This document shows positions 19,721 through 34,700 of a stretch of 64,000 nt of DNA, in pieces. The notes below the pieces were generated by a model, which was not told the origin of the DNA, searched no databases, and saw only the letters and a list, made by a program, of their open reading frames with translations. The DNA comes from Eledone cirrhosa. Taxonomy: Eukaryota. The translations under genes were made by a program, and so were the position numbers. Within the stretch, counting starts at the first letter, position 1, and every line of letters starts with the position of its first letter. Where the stretch lies: contig OZ024742.1 of assembly GCA_964016885.1 (NCBI GenBank), positions 361,894,001-361,958,000 of the forward strand. The letters run 5' to 3'.

Positions 19721-22700
19721 ATGTATATATCTATAGTTAGACATCTCCCCCACTGTAACTCTGTCTAATCTAATGTATATATCAATATATAGACATATCC
19801 CCAATTGTAGCTCTGCCTAATATAATGTATATATCAATATTTAGACATCTCCCCACTGTAACTCTGTCTAATCTAATGTATATATCAATATTTAGTCATC
19901 TCCCCCACTGTAGCTCTGCCTAATGTAATGTATATATCAATATTTAGACATCTCCCCACTGTAGATCTGCCTAATGTAATGTATATATCAATATTTAGAC
20001 ATCTCCCCACTGTAACTCTGTCTAATCTAATGTATATATCAATATTTAGTCATCTCCCCCACTGTAGCTCTGCCTAATGTAATGTATATATCAATATTTA
20101 GACATCTCCCCCATGTAGATCTGCCTAATCTAATGTATATATCAATATTTAGACATGTCCCCACTGTAGCTCTTCCTAATCTAATGTATCAATATTTAGA
20201 CATCTCCCCCACAGTAGCTCTGCCTAATATAATGTATATATCTATATTTAGACATCTCCCACACTGTAGCTCTGTCCAATATAATGTATATATCTATATT
20301 TAGACATCTCCCACACTGTACCTCTGTCTAATATAATGTATATATCAATATTTAGACATCTCCCCCACTGTAGCTCTGTCTAATCTAATGTATATATCAA
20401 TATTTAGACATCTCCCACACTGCAGCTCTGCCTAATATAATGTACATATTTCAATTTAGACATCTCCCCACTGTCACTCTGCCTAATATAATGTATATAT
20501 CAATATTTAGACATCTCCCCCATGTAGATCTGCCTAATCTAATGTATATATCAATATTTAGACATGTCCCCACTGTAGCTCTTCCTAATCTAATGTATCA
20601 ATATTCAGACATCTCCCCAATGTAACTCAGCCTAATATAATGTATATATCAATATTTAGACATCTCGCCACTGTAGCTCTGCCAAATATAATGTATATAT
20701 CAATATTTAGACATCCCCCCACTGTAGCTTTGCCTAATATAATGTATATATATCTATATTTAGACATCTCCCCACTGTAGCTCTGCCTAATCTAATGTAT
20801 ATATCAATATTTAGACATCTCCCCACTGTACCTCTGTCTAATATAATGTATATATCAATATTTAGACATCTCCCCACTCTACCTCTGTCTAATATAATGT
20901 ATATATCTATATTTAGACATGTCCCACTGCAGCTCTGTCTAATCTAATGTATATATCTATATTTAGACATCTCCCCACTGTAGCTCTACCAAATATAATG
21001 TATATATCTATATTTAGACATCTCCCCACTGTAACTCGGCCTAATATAAGGTATATATCAATATTTAGACATCTCCCCCACCGTATCTCTGTCTAATCTA
21101 ATGTATATATCAATATTTAGACATCTCCCCCACTGTAGCTCTGCCAAATATAATGTATATATCTATATTTAGACATCTCCCCAATTGTGGCTCTGCCTAA
21201 TATAATGTATATATCAATATTTAGACATCTCCCCCACTGTAGCTCTGCTTAATCTAATGTATATATCAATATTTAGACATCTGCCCAATTGTAGCTCTGC
21301 CTAATATAATGTATATATCAATATTTAGACATCTCTCCCACTGTAACTCTGCCTAATCTAATGTATATATCTATATTTAGACATTTCCCCCACTATAGCT
21401 CTGTCTAATCTAATGTATATATCAATATTTAGACATCTCCCCCACTGTAACTCTGCCTAATCTAATGTATATATCAATAATTAGACATCTCCCCACTGAA
21501 GCTCTGCCAAATATAATGTATATATCAATATTTAGACATCTCACCCACAGTAGCTCTGCCTAATATAATGTATATAGCAATATATAGACATCTCCCCCAC
21601 AAGTAGCTCTGCCTAATCTAATGTATATATGTATATTTAGACATCTCCCCCACTATAGCTCTGTCTAATCTAATGTATATATCAATATTTAGAACTCTCC
21701 CCCACTGTAGCTCTGCCTAATCTAATGTATATATCAACATTTAGACATCTCCCCACTGTAGCTCTTCCAAATATAATGTATATATCAATATTTAGACATC
21801 TCCCCCACTGTAGCTCTGTCTAATCTAATGTATATATCAATATTTAGACATCTCAACCACAGTAGCTCTGCCAAATATAATGTATATATCAATATTTAGA
21901 CATCTCCCCCACTGTAGCTCTGCTTAATCTAATGTATATATCAATATTTAGACATCTCCCCACTGTAACTCTGCCTAATCTAACGTATATATCAATATTT
22001 AGACATCTACCCCACTGTAGCTCTGCCTAATCTAATGTATGGAAAATATTTAGAAATCTCCGCCACTGTATTTCTGCCTAATAAAATGTATATATCTATA
22101 TTTAGACATCTCCCCCACTGTAGCTCTGTCTAATATAATGTATATATCAATATTTAGACATTCCCCACTGTAACTCGGCCTAATATAAGGTATATATCAA
22201 TATTTAGACATCTCCCCACTGTAGCTCTGTCTAATCTAATGTATATATCAATATTTAGACATCTCCCCCACCGTATCTCTGTCTAATCTAATGTACATAT
22301 CAATATTTAGACATCTCCCCACTGTAGCTCTGCCAAATATAATGTATATATAAATATTTAGACATCTCTCCAATTGTAGCTCTGCCTAATATAATGTATA
22401 TATCAATATTTAGACATCTCCCCACTGTAGCTCTGCCTAATATAATGTATATATCAGTAATTAGACATCTCCCCCACTGTAGCTCTGCCTAATATAATGT
22501 ATATATCAATATTCAGACATCTCCCCAATGTAACTCTGCCTAATATAATGTATATATCAATATTTAGACATCTCGCCACTGTAGCTCTGCCAAATATAAT
22601 GTATATATCAATATTTAGACATCTCCCCCACTGTAGCTTTGCCTAATATAATGTATATATCTATATTTAGACATCTCCCCCACTGTAGCTTTGCCTAATA

Positions 22701-25700
22701 TAATGTATATATCTATATTTAGACTTCTCCCCACTGCAGCTCTGTCTAATCTAATGTATATATCTATATTTAGACATCTCCCCACTGTAGCTCTGCCAAA
22801 TATAATGTATATATCAATATTTAGACATCTCCCCACTGTAGCTCTTCCAAATACAATGTATATATCAATATTTAGACATCTCAACCACAGTAGCTCTGCC
22901 TAATATAATGTATATATCTATATTTAGACATCTCCCCGACTGTAGCTCTGTGTAATATAATGTATATATCTATTTTTAGATATCTCCCCTACTGTAACTC
23001 TGTCTAATCTAATGTATATATCAATATTTAGCCGTCTCCCCCACTGTAGCTCTGTCTAATCTAATGTATATATCAATATTTAGACATCTCCCACACTGCA
23101 GCTCTGCCTAATATAATGTATATATCTCAATTCAGACATCTCCCCACTGTCACTCTGCCTAATATAATGTATTTATCAATATTTAGACATCTCCCCCACT
23201 GTCGCTCTGCTTAATCTAATGTATATATCAATATTTAGACATCTCCCCACTGTAGCTCTGCCTAATCTAATGTATATATCAATATTTAGACATCTACCCC
23301 ATTGTAGCTCTGCCTAATCTAATGTATGGAAAATATTTAGAAATCTCCGCCACTGTATTTCTGCCTAATAAAATGTATATATCTATATTTAGACATCTCC
23401 CCCACTGTAGCTCTGTCTAATATAATGTATATATCAATATTTAGACATCTCCCCACTGTAACTTGGCCTAATATAAGGTATATATCAATATTTAGACATC
23501 TCCCCACACTACCTCTGTCTAATCTAATGTATATATCTATATTTAGACATCTCCCCACTGTAGCTCTGCCAAATATAATGTATATATCTATATTTAGACA
23601 TCTCCCCAATTGTGGCTCTGCCTAATATAATGTATATATCAATATTTAGACATCTCCCCCACTGTAGCTTTGCTTAATCTAATGTATATATCAATATTTA
23701 GACATCTGCCCAATTGTAGCTCTGCCTAATATAATGTATATATCAATATTTAGACATCTCTCCCACTGTAACTCTGCCTAATCTAATGTATATATCTATA
23801 TTTAGACATCTCCCCCACTATAGCTCTGTCTAATCTAATGTATATATCAATATTTAGACATCTCCCCCACTGTAACTCTACCTAATCTAATGTATATATC
23901 AATAATTAGACATCTCCCCACTGAAGCTCTGCCAAATATAATGTATATATCAATATTTAGACATCTCACCCACAGTAGCTCTGCCTAATATAATGTATAT
24001 AGCAATATATAGACATCTCCCCCACAAGTAGCTCTGCCTAATCTAATGTATATATATATATTTAGACATCTCCCCCACTATAGCTCTGTCTAATCTAATG
24101 TATATATCAATATTTAGACCTCTCCCCCACTGTAGCTCTGCCTAATCTAATGTATATATCAACATTTAGACATCTCCCCACTGTAGCTCTTCCAAATATA
24201 ATGTATATATCAATATTTAGACATCTCCCCCACTGTAGCTCTGTCTAATCTAATGTATATATCAATATTTAGACATCTCCCACACTGCAGCTCTGCCTAA
24301 TATAATGTATATATCTCAATTTAGACATCTCCCACTGTCACTCTGCCTAATATAATGTATATATCAATATTTAGACATCTCCCCCACTGTAACTCTGCCT
24401 AATCTAACGTATATATCAATATTTAGACATCTACCCCACTGTAGCTCTGCCTAATCTAATGTATGGAAAATATTTAGAAATCTCCGCCACTGTATTTCTG
24501 CCTAATAAAATGTATATATCTATATTTAGACATCTCCTCCACTGTAGCTCTGTCTAATATAATGTATATATCAATATTTAGACATCTCCCCTCTGTAGCT
24601 CTGCCAAATATAATATATATATAAATATTTAGACATCTCTCCAATTGTAGCTCTGCCTAATATAATGTATGTGTCAATATTTAGACATCTCCCCCACTGT
24701 AGCTCTGCCTAATATAATGTATATATCAATATTCAGACATCTCCCCACTGTAACTCTGCCTAATATAATGTATATATCAATATTTAGACATCTCCCCACT
24801 GTACCTCTGTCTAATATAATGTATATATCAATATTTAGACATCTCCCCTCTCTACCTCTGTCTAATATAATGTATATATATATATTTAGACATGTCCCAC
24901 TGCAACTCTGTCTAATCTAATGTATATATCTATATTTAGACATCTCCCCACTGTAGCTCTGCCAAATATAATGTATATATCAATATTTAGACATCTCTCC
25001 ACTGTAGCTCTTCCAAATATAATGTATATATCAATATTTAGACATCTCAACCACAGTAGCTCTGCCTAATATAATGTATATATCTATATGTATATAACTC
25101 AATTCAGACATCTCCCCACTGTTACTCTGCCTAATATAATGTATATATCAATATTTAGACATCTCCCCCACTGTAGCTCTGCTTAATCTAATGTATATAT
25201 CAATATTTAGACATCTCCCCACTGTAACTCTGCCTAATCTAACGTATATATCAATATTTAGACATCTACCCCACTGTAGCTCTGCCTAATCTAATGTATG
25301 GAAAATATTTAGAAATCTCCGCCACTGTATTTCTGCCTAATAAAATGTATATATCTATATTTAGACATCTCCCCCACTGTAGCTCTGTCTAATATAATGT
25401 ATATATCAATATTTAGACATCTCCCCACTGTAACTCGGCCTAATATATGGTATATATCAATATTTAGACATCTCCCCACTGTAGCTCTGTCTAATCTAAT
25501 GTATATATCAATATTTAGACATCTCCCCCACCGTATCTCTGTCTAATCTAATGTACATATCAATATTTAGACATCTCCCCACTGTAGCTCTGCCAAATAT
25601 AATGTATATATAAATATTTAGACATCTCTCCAATTGTAGCTCTGCCTAATATAATGTATATATCACATTTTACACATCTCCACACTGTAGCTCTGCCTAA

Positions 25701-28700
25701 TATAATGTATATATCAGTAATTAGACATCTCCCCCACTGTAGCTCTGCCTAATATAATGTATATATCAATATTCAGAAATCTCCCCAATGTAACTCAGCC
25801 TAATATAATGTATATATCAATATTTAGACATCTCGCCACTGTAGCTCTGCCAAATATAATGTATATATCAATATTTAGAAATCCCCCCACTGTAGCTTTG
25901 CCTAATATAATGTATATATATCTATATTTAGACATCTCCCCACTGTAGCTCTGCCTAATCTAATGTATATATCAATATTTAGAAATCTCCCCACTGTACC
26001 TCTGTCTAATATAATGTATATATCAATATTTAGACATCTCCCCACTCTACCTCTGTCTAATATAATGTATATATCTATATTTAGACATGTCCCACTGCAG
26101 CTCTGTCTAATCTGATGTATATATCTATATTTAGACATCTCCCCACTGTAGCTCTGCCAAATATAATGTATATATCTATATTTAGACATCTCCCCACTGT
26201 AACTCGGCCTAATATAAGGTATATATCAATATTTAGACATCTCCCCCACCGTATCTCTGTCTAATCTAATGTATATATCTATATTTAGACACCTCCCCAC
26301 TGTAGCTCTGCCAAATATAATGTATATATCTATATTTAGACATCTCCCCAATTGTGGCTCTGCCTAATATAATGTATATATCAATATTTAGACATCTCCC
26401 CCACTGTAGCTCTGCTTAATCTAATGTATATATCAATATTTAGACATCTGCCCAATTGTAGCTCTGCCTAATATAATGTATATATCAATATTTAGACATC
26501 TCTCCCACTGTAACTCTGCCTAATCTAATGTATATATCTATATTTAGACATCTCCCCCACTATAGCTCTGTCTAATCTAATGTATATATCAATATTTAGA
26601 CATCTCCCCCACTGTAACTCTGCCTAATCTAATGTATATATCAATAATTAGACATCTCCCCACTGAAGCTCTGCCAAATATAATGTATATATCAATATTT
26701 AGACATCTCACCCACAGTAGCTCTGCCTAATATAATGTATATAGCAATATATAGACATCTCCCCCACAAGTAGCTCTGCCTAATCTAATGTATATATATA
26801 TATTTAGACATCTCCCCCACTATAGCTCTGTCTAATCTAATGTATATATCAATATTTAGACCTCTCCCCCACTGTAGCTCTGCCTAATCTAATGTATATA
26901 TCAACATTTAGACATCTCCCCACTGTAGCTCTTCCAAATATAATGTATATATCAATATTTAGACATCTCCCCCACTGTAGCTCTGTCTAATCTAATGTAT
27001 ATATCAATATTTAGACATCTCCCACACTGCAGCTCTGCCTAATATAATGTATATATCTCAATTTAGACATCTCCCACTGTCACTCTGCCTAATATAATAT
27101 ATATATCAATATTTAGACATCTCTCCCACTGTAACTCTGCCTAATCTAACGTATATATCAATATTTAGACATCTACCCCACTGTAGCTCTGCCTAATCTA
27201 ATGTATGGAAAATATTTAGAAATCTCCGCCACTGTATTTCTGCCTAATAAAATGTATATATCTATATTTAGACATCTCCTCCACTGTAGCTCTGTCTAAT
27301 ATAATGTATATATAAATATTTAGACATCTCTCCAATTGTAGCTCTGCCTAATATAATGTATGTGTCAATATTTAGACATCTCCCCCACTGTAGCTCTGCC
27401 TAATATAATGTATATATCAATATTCAGACATCTCCCCACTGTAACTCTGCCTAATATAATGTATATATCAATATTTAGACATCTCCCCACTGTACCTCTG
27501 TCTAATATAATGTATATATCAATATTTAGACATCTCCCCTCTCTACCTCTGTCTAATATAATGTATATATATATATTTAGACATGTTCCACTGCAGCTCT
27601 GTCTAATCTAATGTATATATCTATATTTAGACATCTCCCCACTGTAGCTCTGCCAAATATAATGTATATATCAATATTTAGACATCTCCCCACTGTAGCT
27701 CTTCCAAATATAATGTATATATCAATATTTAGACATCTCAACCACAGTAGCTCTGCCTAATATAATGTATATATCTATATTTAGACATCTCCCCCACTGT
27801 AGCTCTGTCTAATATAATGTATATATCTATTTTTAGATATCTCCCCTACTGTAACTCGGTCTAATCTAATGTATATATCAATATTTAGACATCTCCCCCA
27901 CTGTAGCTCTGTCTAATCTAATGTATATATCAATATTTAGACATCTCCCACACTGCAGCTCTGCCTAATATAATATATATAACTCAATTCAGACATCTCC
28001 CCACTGTCACTCTGCCTAATATAATGTATATATCAATATTTAGACATCTCCCCCACTGTAGCTCTGCTTAATCTAATGTATATATCAATATTTAGACATC
28101 TCCCCACTGTAACTCTGCCTAATCTAACGTATATATCAATATTTAGACATCTACCCCACTGTAGCTCTGCCTAATCTAATGTATGGAAAATATTTCTAAA
28201 TCTCCGCCACTGTATTTCTGCCTAATAAAATGTATATATCTATATTTAGACATCTCCCCCACTGTACCTCTGTCTAATATAATGTATATATCAATATTTA
28301 GACATCTCCCCACTGTAACTCGGCCTAATATAAGGTATATATCAATATTTAGACATCTCCCCACTGTAGCTCTGTCTAATCTAATGTATATATCAATATT
28401 TAGACATCTCCCCCACCGTATCTCTGTCTAATCTAATGTACATATCAATATTTAGACATCTCCCCACTGTAGCTCTGCCAAATATAATGTATATATAAAT
28501 ATTTAGACATCTCTCCAATTGTAGCTCTGCCTAATATAATGTATATATCAATATTTACACATCTCCACACTGTAGCTCTGCCTAATATAATGTATATATC
28601 AGTAATTAGACATCTCCCCCACTGTAGCTCTGCCTAATATAATGTATATATCAATATTCAGACATCTCCCCAATGTAACTCTGCCTAATATAATGTATAT

Positions 28701-31700
28701 ATCAATATTTAGACATCTCCCCCACTGTAGCTTTGCCTAATATAATGTATATATCTATATTTAGACATCTCCCCCACTGTAGCTTTGCCTAATATAATGT
28801 ATATATCTATATTTAGACTTCTCCCCACTGCAGCTCTGTCTAATCTAATGTATATATCTATATTTAGACATCTCCCCACTGTAGCTCTGCCAAATATAAT
28901 GTATATATCAATATTTAGACATCTCCCCACTGTAGCTCTTCCAAATACAATGTATATATCAATATTTAGACATCTCAACCACAGTAGCTCTGTCTAATCT
29001 AATGTATATATCAATATTTAGACATCTCCCACACTGCAGCTCTGCCTAATATAATGTATATATCTCAATTCAGACATCTCCCCACTGTCTCTCTGCCTAA
29101 TATAATGTATATATCAATATTTAGACAACTCCCCCACTGTCGCTCTGCTTAATCTAATGTATATATCAATATTTAGACATCTCCCCACTGTAACTCTGCC
29201 TAATCTAATGTATATATCAATATTTAGACATCTACCCCATTGTAGCTTTGCCTAATCTAATGTATGGAAAATATTTAGAAATCTCCGCCACTGTATTTCT
29301 GCCTAATAAAATGTATATATCTATATTTAGACATCTCCCCCACTGTAGCTCTGTCTAATATAATGTATATATCAATATTTAGACATCTCCCCACTGTAAC
29401 TTGGCCTAATATAAGGTATATATCAATATTTAGACATCTCCCCCACCGTATCTCTGTCTAATCTAATGTACATATCAATATTTAGACATCTCCCCACTGT
29501 AGCTCTGGCAAATATAATGTATATATAAATATTTAGACATCTCTCCAATTGTAGCTCTGCCTAATATAATGTATATATCAATATTTAGACATCTCCCACT
29601 GTAGCTCTGCCTAATATAATGTATATATCAGTATTTAGACATCTCCCCCACTGTAGCTCTGCCTAATATAATGTATATATCAATATTCAGACATCTCCCC
29701 AATGTAACTCAGCCTAATATAATGTATATATCAATATTTAGACATCTCGCCACTGTAGCTCTGCCAAATATAATGTATATATCAATATTTAGAAATCCCC
29801 CCACTGTAGCTTTGCCTAATATAATGTATATATATCTATATTTAGACATCTCCCCACTGTAGCTCTGCCTAATCTAATGTATATATCAATATTTAGACAT
29901 CTCCCCACTGTACCTCTGTCTAATATAATGTATATATCAATATTTAGACATCTCCCCACTCAACCTCTGTCTAATATAATGTATATATCTATATTTAGAC
30001 TTGTCCCACTGCAGCTCTGTCTAATCTAATGTATATATCTATATTTAGAAATCTCCCCACTGTAGCTCTGCCAAATATAATGTATATATCTATATTTAGA
30101 CATCTCCCCACTGTAACTCGGCCTAATATAAGGTATATATCAATATTTAGACATCTCCTCCACCGTATCTCTGTCTAATCTAATGTATATATCAATATTT
30201 AGACATCTCCCCCACTGTAGCTCTGCCAAATATAATGTATATATCTATATTTAGACATCTCCCCAATTGTGGCTCTGCCTAATATAATGTATATATCAAT
30301 ATTTAGACATCTCCCCCACTGTAGCTCTGCTTAATCTAATGTATATATCAATATTTAGACATCTCTCCCACTGTAACTCTGCCTAATCTAATGTATATAT
30401 CTATATTTAGACATCTCCCCCACTATAGCTCTGTCTAATCTAATGTATATATCAATATTTAGACATCTCCCCCACTGTAACTCTGCCTAATCTAATGTAT
30501 ATATCAATAATTAGACATCTCCCCACTGAAGCTCTGCCAAATATAATGTATATATCAATATTTAGGCATCTCACCCACAGTAGCTCTGCCTAATATAATG
30601 TATATAGCAATATATAGACATCTCCCCCACAAGTAGCTCTGACTAATCTAATGTATATATATATATTTAGACATCTCCCCCACTGTAGCTCTGTCTAATC
30701 TAATGTATATATCAATATTTAGAATTCTCCCCCACTGTAGCTCTGCCTAATCTAATGTATATATCAACATTTAGACATCTCCCCACTGTAGCTCTTCCAA
30801 ATATAATGTATATATCAATATTTAGACATCTCCCCCACTGTAGCTCTGTCTAATCTAATGTATATATCAATATTTAGACATCTCCCACACTGCAGTTCTG
30901 CCTAATATAATGTATATATCTCAATTTAGACATCTCCCCACTGTCACTCTGCCTAATATAATGTATATATCAATATTTAGACATCTCCCCCACTGTAACT
31001 CTGCCTAATCTAACGTATATATCAATATTTAGACATCTACCCCACTGTAGCTCTGCCTAATCTAATGTATGGAAAATATTTAGAAATCTCCGCCACTGTA
31101 TTTCTGCCTAATAAAATGTATATATCTATATTTAGACATCTCCCCCACTGTAGCTCTGTCTAATATGATGTATATATCAATATTTAGACATCTCCCCACT
31201 GTAACTCGGCCTAATATAAGGTATATATCAATATTTAGACATCTCCCCACTGTAGCTCTGTCTAATCTAATGTATATATCAATATTTAGACATCTCCCCC
31301 ACCATATCTCTGTCTAATCTAATGTACATATCAATATTTAGACATCTCCCCACTGTAGCTCTGCCAAATATAATGTATATATCAATATTTAGACATCTCC
31401 CCACTGTAGCTCTGCCTAATATAATGTATATATCAGTAATTAGACATCTCCCCCACTGTAGCTCTGCCTAATATAATGTATATATCAATATTCAGACATC
31501 TCCCCAATGTAACTCTGCCTAATATAATGTATATATCAATATTTAGACATCTCGCCACTGTACCTCTGCCAAATATAATGTATATATCAATATTTAGACA
31601 TCTCCCCCACTGTAGCTTTGCCTAATATAATGTATATATCTATATTTAGACATCTCCCCAGTGTAGCTCTGCCTAATCTAATGTCTATATCAATATTTAG

Positions 31701-34700
31701 ACATCTCCCCACTGTACCTCTGTCTAATATAATGTATATATCAATATTTAGACATCTCCCCACTCTACCTCTGTCTAATATAATGTATATATCTATATTT
31801 AGACATCTCCCACTGCAGCTCTGTCTAATCTAACGTATATATCAATATTTAGACATCTCCCCCACCGTATCTCTGTCTAATCTAATGTACATATCAATAT
31901 TTAAACATCTCCCCACTGTAGCTCTGCCAAATATAATATATATATAAATATTTAGACATCTCTCCAATTGTAGCTCTGCCTAATATAATGTATGTATCAA
32001 TATTTAGACATCTCCCCACTGTAGCTCTGCCTAATATAATGTATATATCAATATTTAGACATCTCCCCCACTGTAGCTCTGCCTAATATAATGTATATAT
32101 CAATATTCAGACATTTCCCCACTGTAACTCTGCCTAATATAATGTATATATCAATATTTAGACATCTCCCCACTGTACCTCTGTCTAATATAATGTATAT
32201 ATCAATATTTAGACATCTCCCCTCTCTACCTCTGTCTAATATAATGTATATATATATATTTAGACATGTCCCACTGCAGCTCTGTCTAATCTAATGTATA
32301 TATCTATATTTAGACATCTCCCCACTGTAGCTCTGCCAAATATAATGTATATATCAATATTTAGACATCTCCCCACTGTAGCTCTTCCAAATATAATGTA
32401 TATATCAATATTTAGACATCTCAACCACAGTAGCTCTGCCTAATATAATGTATATATCTATATTTAGACATCTCCCCCACTGTAGCTCTGTCTAATATAA
32501 TGTATATATCTATTTTTAGATATCTCCCCTACTGTAACTCTGTCTAATCTAATGTATATATCAATATTTAGACATCTCCCCCACTGTAGCTCTGTCTAAT
32601 CTAATGTATATATCAATATTTAGACATCTCCCACACTGCAGCTCTGCCTAATATAATGTATATATCTCAATTCAGACATCTCCCCACTGTCACTCTGCCT
32701 AATATAATGTATATATCAATATTTAGACATCTCCCCCACTGTAGCTCTGCTTAATCTAATGTATATATCAATATTTAGACATCTCCCCACTGTAACTCTG
32801 CCTAATCTAACGTATATATCAATATTTAGACATCTACCCCACTGTAGCTCTGCCTAATCTAATGTATGGAAAATATTTAGAAATCTCCGCCACTGTATTT
32901 CTGCCTAATAAAATGTATATATCTATATTTAGACATCTCCCCCACTGTAGCTCTGTCTAATATAATGTATATATCAATATTTAGACATCTCCCCACTGTA
33001 ACTCGGCCTAATATAAGGTATATATCAATATTTAGACATCTCCCCACTGTAGCTCTGTCTAATCTAATGTATATATCAATATTTAGACATCTCCCCCACC
33101 GTATCTCTGTCTAATCTAATGTACATATCAATATTTAGACATCTCCCCACTGTAGCTCTGCCAAATATAATGTATATATAAATATTTAGACATCTCTCCA
33201 ATTGTAGCTCTGCCTAATATAATGTATATATCAATATTTAGACATCTCCCCACTGTAGCTCTGCCTAATATAATGTATATATCAGTAATTAGACATCTCC
33301 CCCACTGTAGCTCTGCCTAATATAATGTATATATCAATATTCAGACATCTCCCCAATGTAACTCTGCCTAATATAATGTATATATCAATATTTAGACATC
33401 TCGCCACTGTAGCTCTGCCAAATATAATGTATATATCAATATTTAGACATCTCCCCCACTGTAGCTTTGCCTAATATAATGTATATATCTATATTTAGAC
33501 ATCTCCCCCACTGTAGCTTTGCCTAATATAATGTATATATCTATATTTAGACTTCTCCCCACTGCAGCTCTGTCTAATCTAATGTATATATCTATATTTA
33601 GACATCTCCCCACTGTAGCTCTGCCAAATATAATGTATATATCAATATTTAGACATCTCCCCACTGTAGCTCTTCCAAATACAATGTATATATCAATATT
33701 TAGACATCTCAACCACAGTAGCTCTGCCTAATATAATGTATATATCTATATTTAGACATCTCCCCCACTGTAGCTCTGTCTAATCTAATGTATATATCAA
33801 TATTTAGCCATCTCCCCCACTGTAGCTCTGTCTAATCTAATGTATATATCAATATTTAGACATCTCCCACACTGCAGCTCTGCCTAATATAATGTATATA
33901 TCTCAATTCAGACATCTCCCCACTGTCACTCTGCCTAATATAATGTATATATCAATATTTAGACATCTCCCCCACTGTAGCTCTGCTTAATCTAATGTAT
34001 ATATCAATATTTAGACATCTCCCCACTGTAACTCTGCCTAATCTAACGTATATATCAATATTTAGACATCTACCCCACTGTAGCTCTGCCTAATCTAATG
34101 TATGGAAAATATTTAGAAATCTCCGCCACTGTATTTCTGCCTAATAAAATGTATATATCTATATTTAGACATCTCCCCCACTGTAGCTCTGTCTAATATA
34201 ATGTATATATCAATATTTAGACATCTCCCCACTGTAACTCGGCCTAATATAAGGTATATATCAATATTTAGACACCTCCCCACTGTAGCTCTGTCTAATC
34301 TAATGTATATATCAATATTTAGACATCTCCCCCACCGTATCTCTGTCTAATCTAATGTACATATCAATATTTAGACATCTCCCCACTGTAGCTCTGCCAA
34401 ATATAATGTATATATAAATATTTAGACATCTCTCCAATTGTAGCTCTGCCTAATATAATGTATATATCAATATTTAGATATCTCCCACTGTAGCTCTGCC
34501 TAATATAATGTATATATCAGTATTTAGACATCTCCCCCACTGTAGCTCTGCCTAATATAATGTATATATCAATATTCAGACATCTCCCCAATGTAACTCA
34601 GCCTAATATAATGTATATATCAATATTTAGACATCTCGCCACTGTAGCTCTGCCAAATATAATGTATATATCAATATTTAGAAATTCCCCCACTGTAGCT

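Noticed and set aside
11255-20000. Shared tgtagct / ccact words between the 20-bp and 51-bp repeats suggesting common origin
   Set aside because: The match is only 5-7 nt and cannot be extended, so it is compatible with chance.
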